DNA of 64,000 nucleotides from Eledone cirrhosa (Eukaryota). The stretch lies in contig OZ024752.1 in the NCBI GenBank assembly GCA_964016885.1, positions 29,078,001 to 29,142,000 of the forward strand. Reading direction: 5' to 3'. Both the position numbers and the translations under genes were made by a program. Positions 62,600 to 64,000 of this stretch are shown here, piece by piece (within the stretch, counting starts at the first letter, position 1; the number at the start of each line of letters is the position of its first letter). A model generated the notes under the pieces. It saw nothing but the letters and a program-made list of their open reading frames with translations, searched no databases and had not been told where the DNA came from.

Positions 62600-62960
62600 A
62601 CCAGTAATTGGCCTGCTGGAATCTTTTAATACCCTCTTCCTATTCAAAGGAGATAAATACCTTATGTGGGACATGACATGCTGTGATACATCCTCTGCCT
62701 CCAACTTAGTCACTTCAGCAATAAACCACAGTACTGCAGCCTGCAATGCAGAGGACAGGAAGACAAGCAAATACAGGGGCTTGTCCGGCTGTTTCCTCTT
62801 CCCACCAGTTGTCGTCATGACTGCAAGCGTCCTTGAACCCCATACAGTTGACCTCCATAATATTGGAACAATGGTAGCTTGTCTGAGGAAGGAGCAACGC
62901 AAGGTGCTGTGGTCGTTGCAGCAAGTGTCACTGACCATTTTGTCAGTGAGGCTCAAATGA
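62600..62960 (+). mobile_element. fragment of a CRE-like non-LTR element, restriction-like endonuclease C-terminus
   Basis: WDMTCCDT...AACNAEDRKTSKY..L..FLFPPVVVMT pattern. Confidence 0.55.
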
Positions 62961-63033
62961 AACACAACTCTGACCTAAGTGTAGAGTCTGTTACCATTTC
63001 CTCTTTTCCTTTTCTTTTTTGCCTAATAGTCCT

Positions 63034-63090
<57 letters not shown>

Positions 63091-63469
63091 TATATATATG
63101 AAAAAATGGGGAGAAGAATACTGCAGGTTGCACATGGATAACATGTTATAAAATGAGTCCCTCATCAGTGATTTGCCAACGATCATAGATATTTGCATTG
63201 CATTAAAAATCATATACCTCACGTTGGTGCAATAATAACTAAATTAAGTTATTAGGACAATTAAAACGCGTAAAGCGAGTGAGACAAGTAAACAACAAAG
63301 AGGAAAGCTAACCGTAGATAACATATAACAAAGGAATTGTAGTAAGGAACCAGATGGACAATAACGCACCAGAGTACTCAATACTTAGGGTAGTAGAGTG
63401 GGAAATAGGAAAAAGTATGACTCTGACGGCAGAGCTCAAGCCATTTCGAAATAGACGTCATACTTTTTC

Positions 63470-63603
63470 CTATAAACATATATATAAACATATATATATA
63501 AACATCATACTTTTTCCTATAAACATATATATAAACATATATATATAAACATATATATATAAACATATATATATAAACATATATATATAAACATATATAT
63601 ATA

Positions 63604-63648
<45 letters not shown>

Positions 63649-63673
63649 ATATATATATAAACATATATATATA

Positions 63674-63712
<39 letters not shown>

Positions 63713-63753
63713 ATATATATATAAACATATATATATAAACATATATATATATA

Positions 63754-63802
<49 letters not shown>

Positions 63803-63894
63803 ATATATATATATATATATATATAAACATATATATATAAACATATATATATATATATTATATATAAACATATATATATAAACATATATATATA

Positions 63895-63929
<35 letters not shown>

Positions 63930-64000
63930 ATATATATATAAACATATATATATAAACATATATATATATATATATATAAACATATATATATAAACATATA
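63470..64000. repeat. (TA)n / aaacatatatat microsatellite
   Basis: Direct inspection. Confidence 0.97.

Noticed and set aside
63110-63175. Minus-strand CTGATGA...GCAAcctgcagTA
   Set aside because: Core is altered and there is no convincing helix I.
63378-63997. Ile/Tyr-rich ORFs
   Set aside because: Translations of the (TA)n microsatellite.

Overview
Eukaryotic, AT-rich, repeat-dense DNA. The repeat complement (RTE LINEs with (ATG)n tails, tRNA-headed SINEs, long (TA)n tracts) suggests a mollusc, probably an octopus or other cephalopod; this is inference. One host gene spans most of the window: a + strand ABCA-family (ABCA3-like) transporter. I reconstructed 18 phase-compatible exons (8841-58281, about 1570 codons, both NBDs intact, N-terminus upstream). 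The introns hold many RTE fragments, a near full-length but inactivated Tx1/L1-clade LINE with a 12-bp TSD in an (ATCT)n tract, a Buster-type hAT element with an 8-bp TSD, a non-coding LTR element flanked by an anomalous 198-bp duplication, TTAA- and TA-flanked MITEs, SINEs and minisatellites. The most interesting signal is a cluster of type I hammerhead-ribozyme motifs (CUGANGA...GAAA...UH with paired helices): five convincing and several decayed. Most sit inside long foldback repeats resembling Penelope-like pseudo-LTRs or retrozymes, and two are on the sense strand of the host pre-mRNA.
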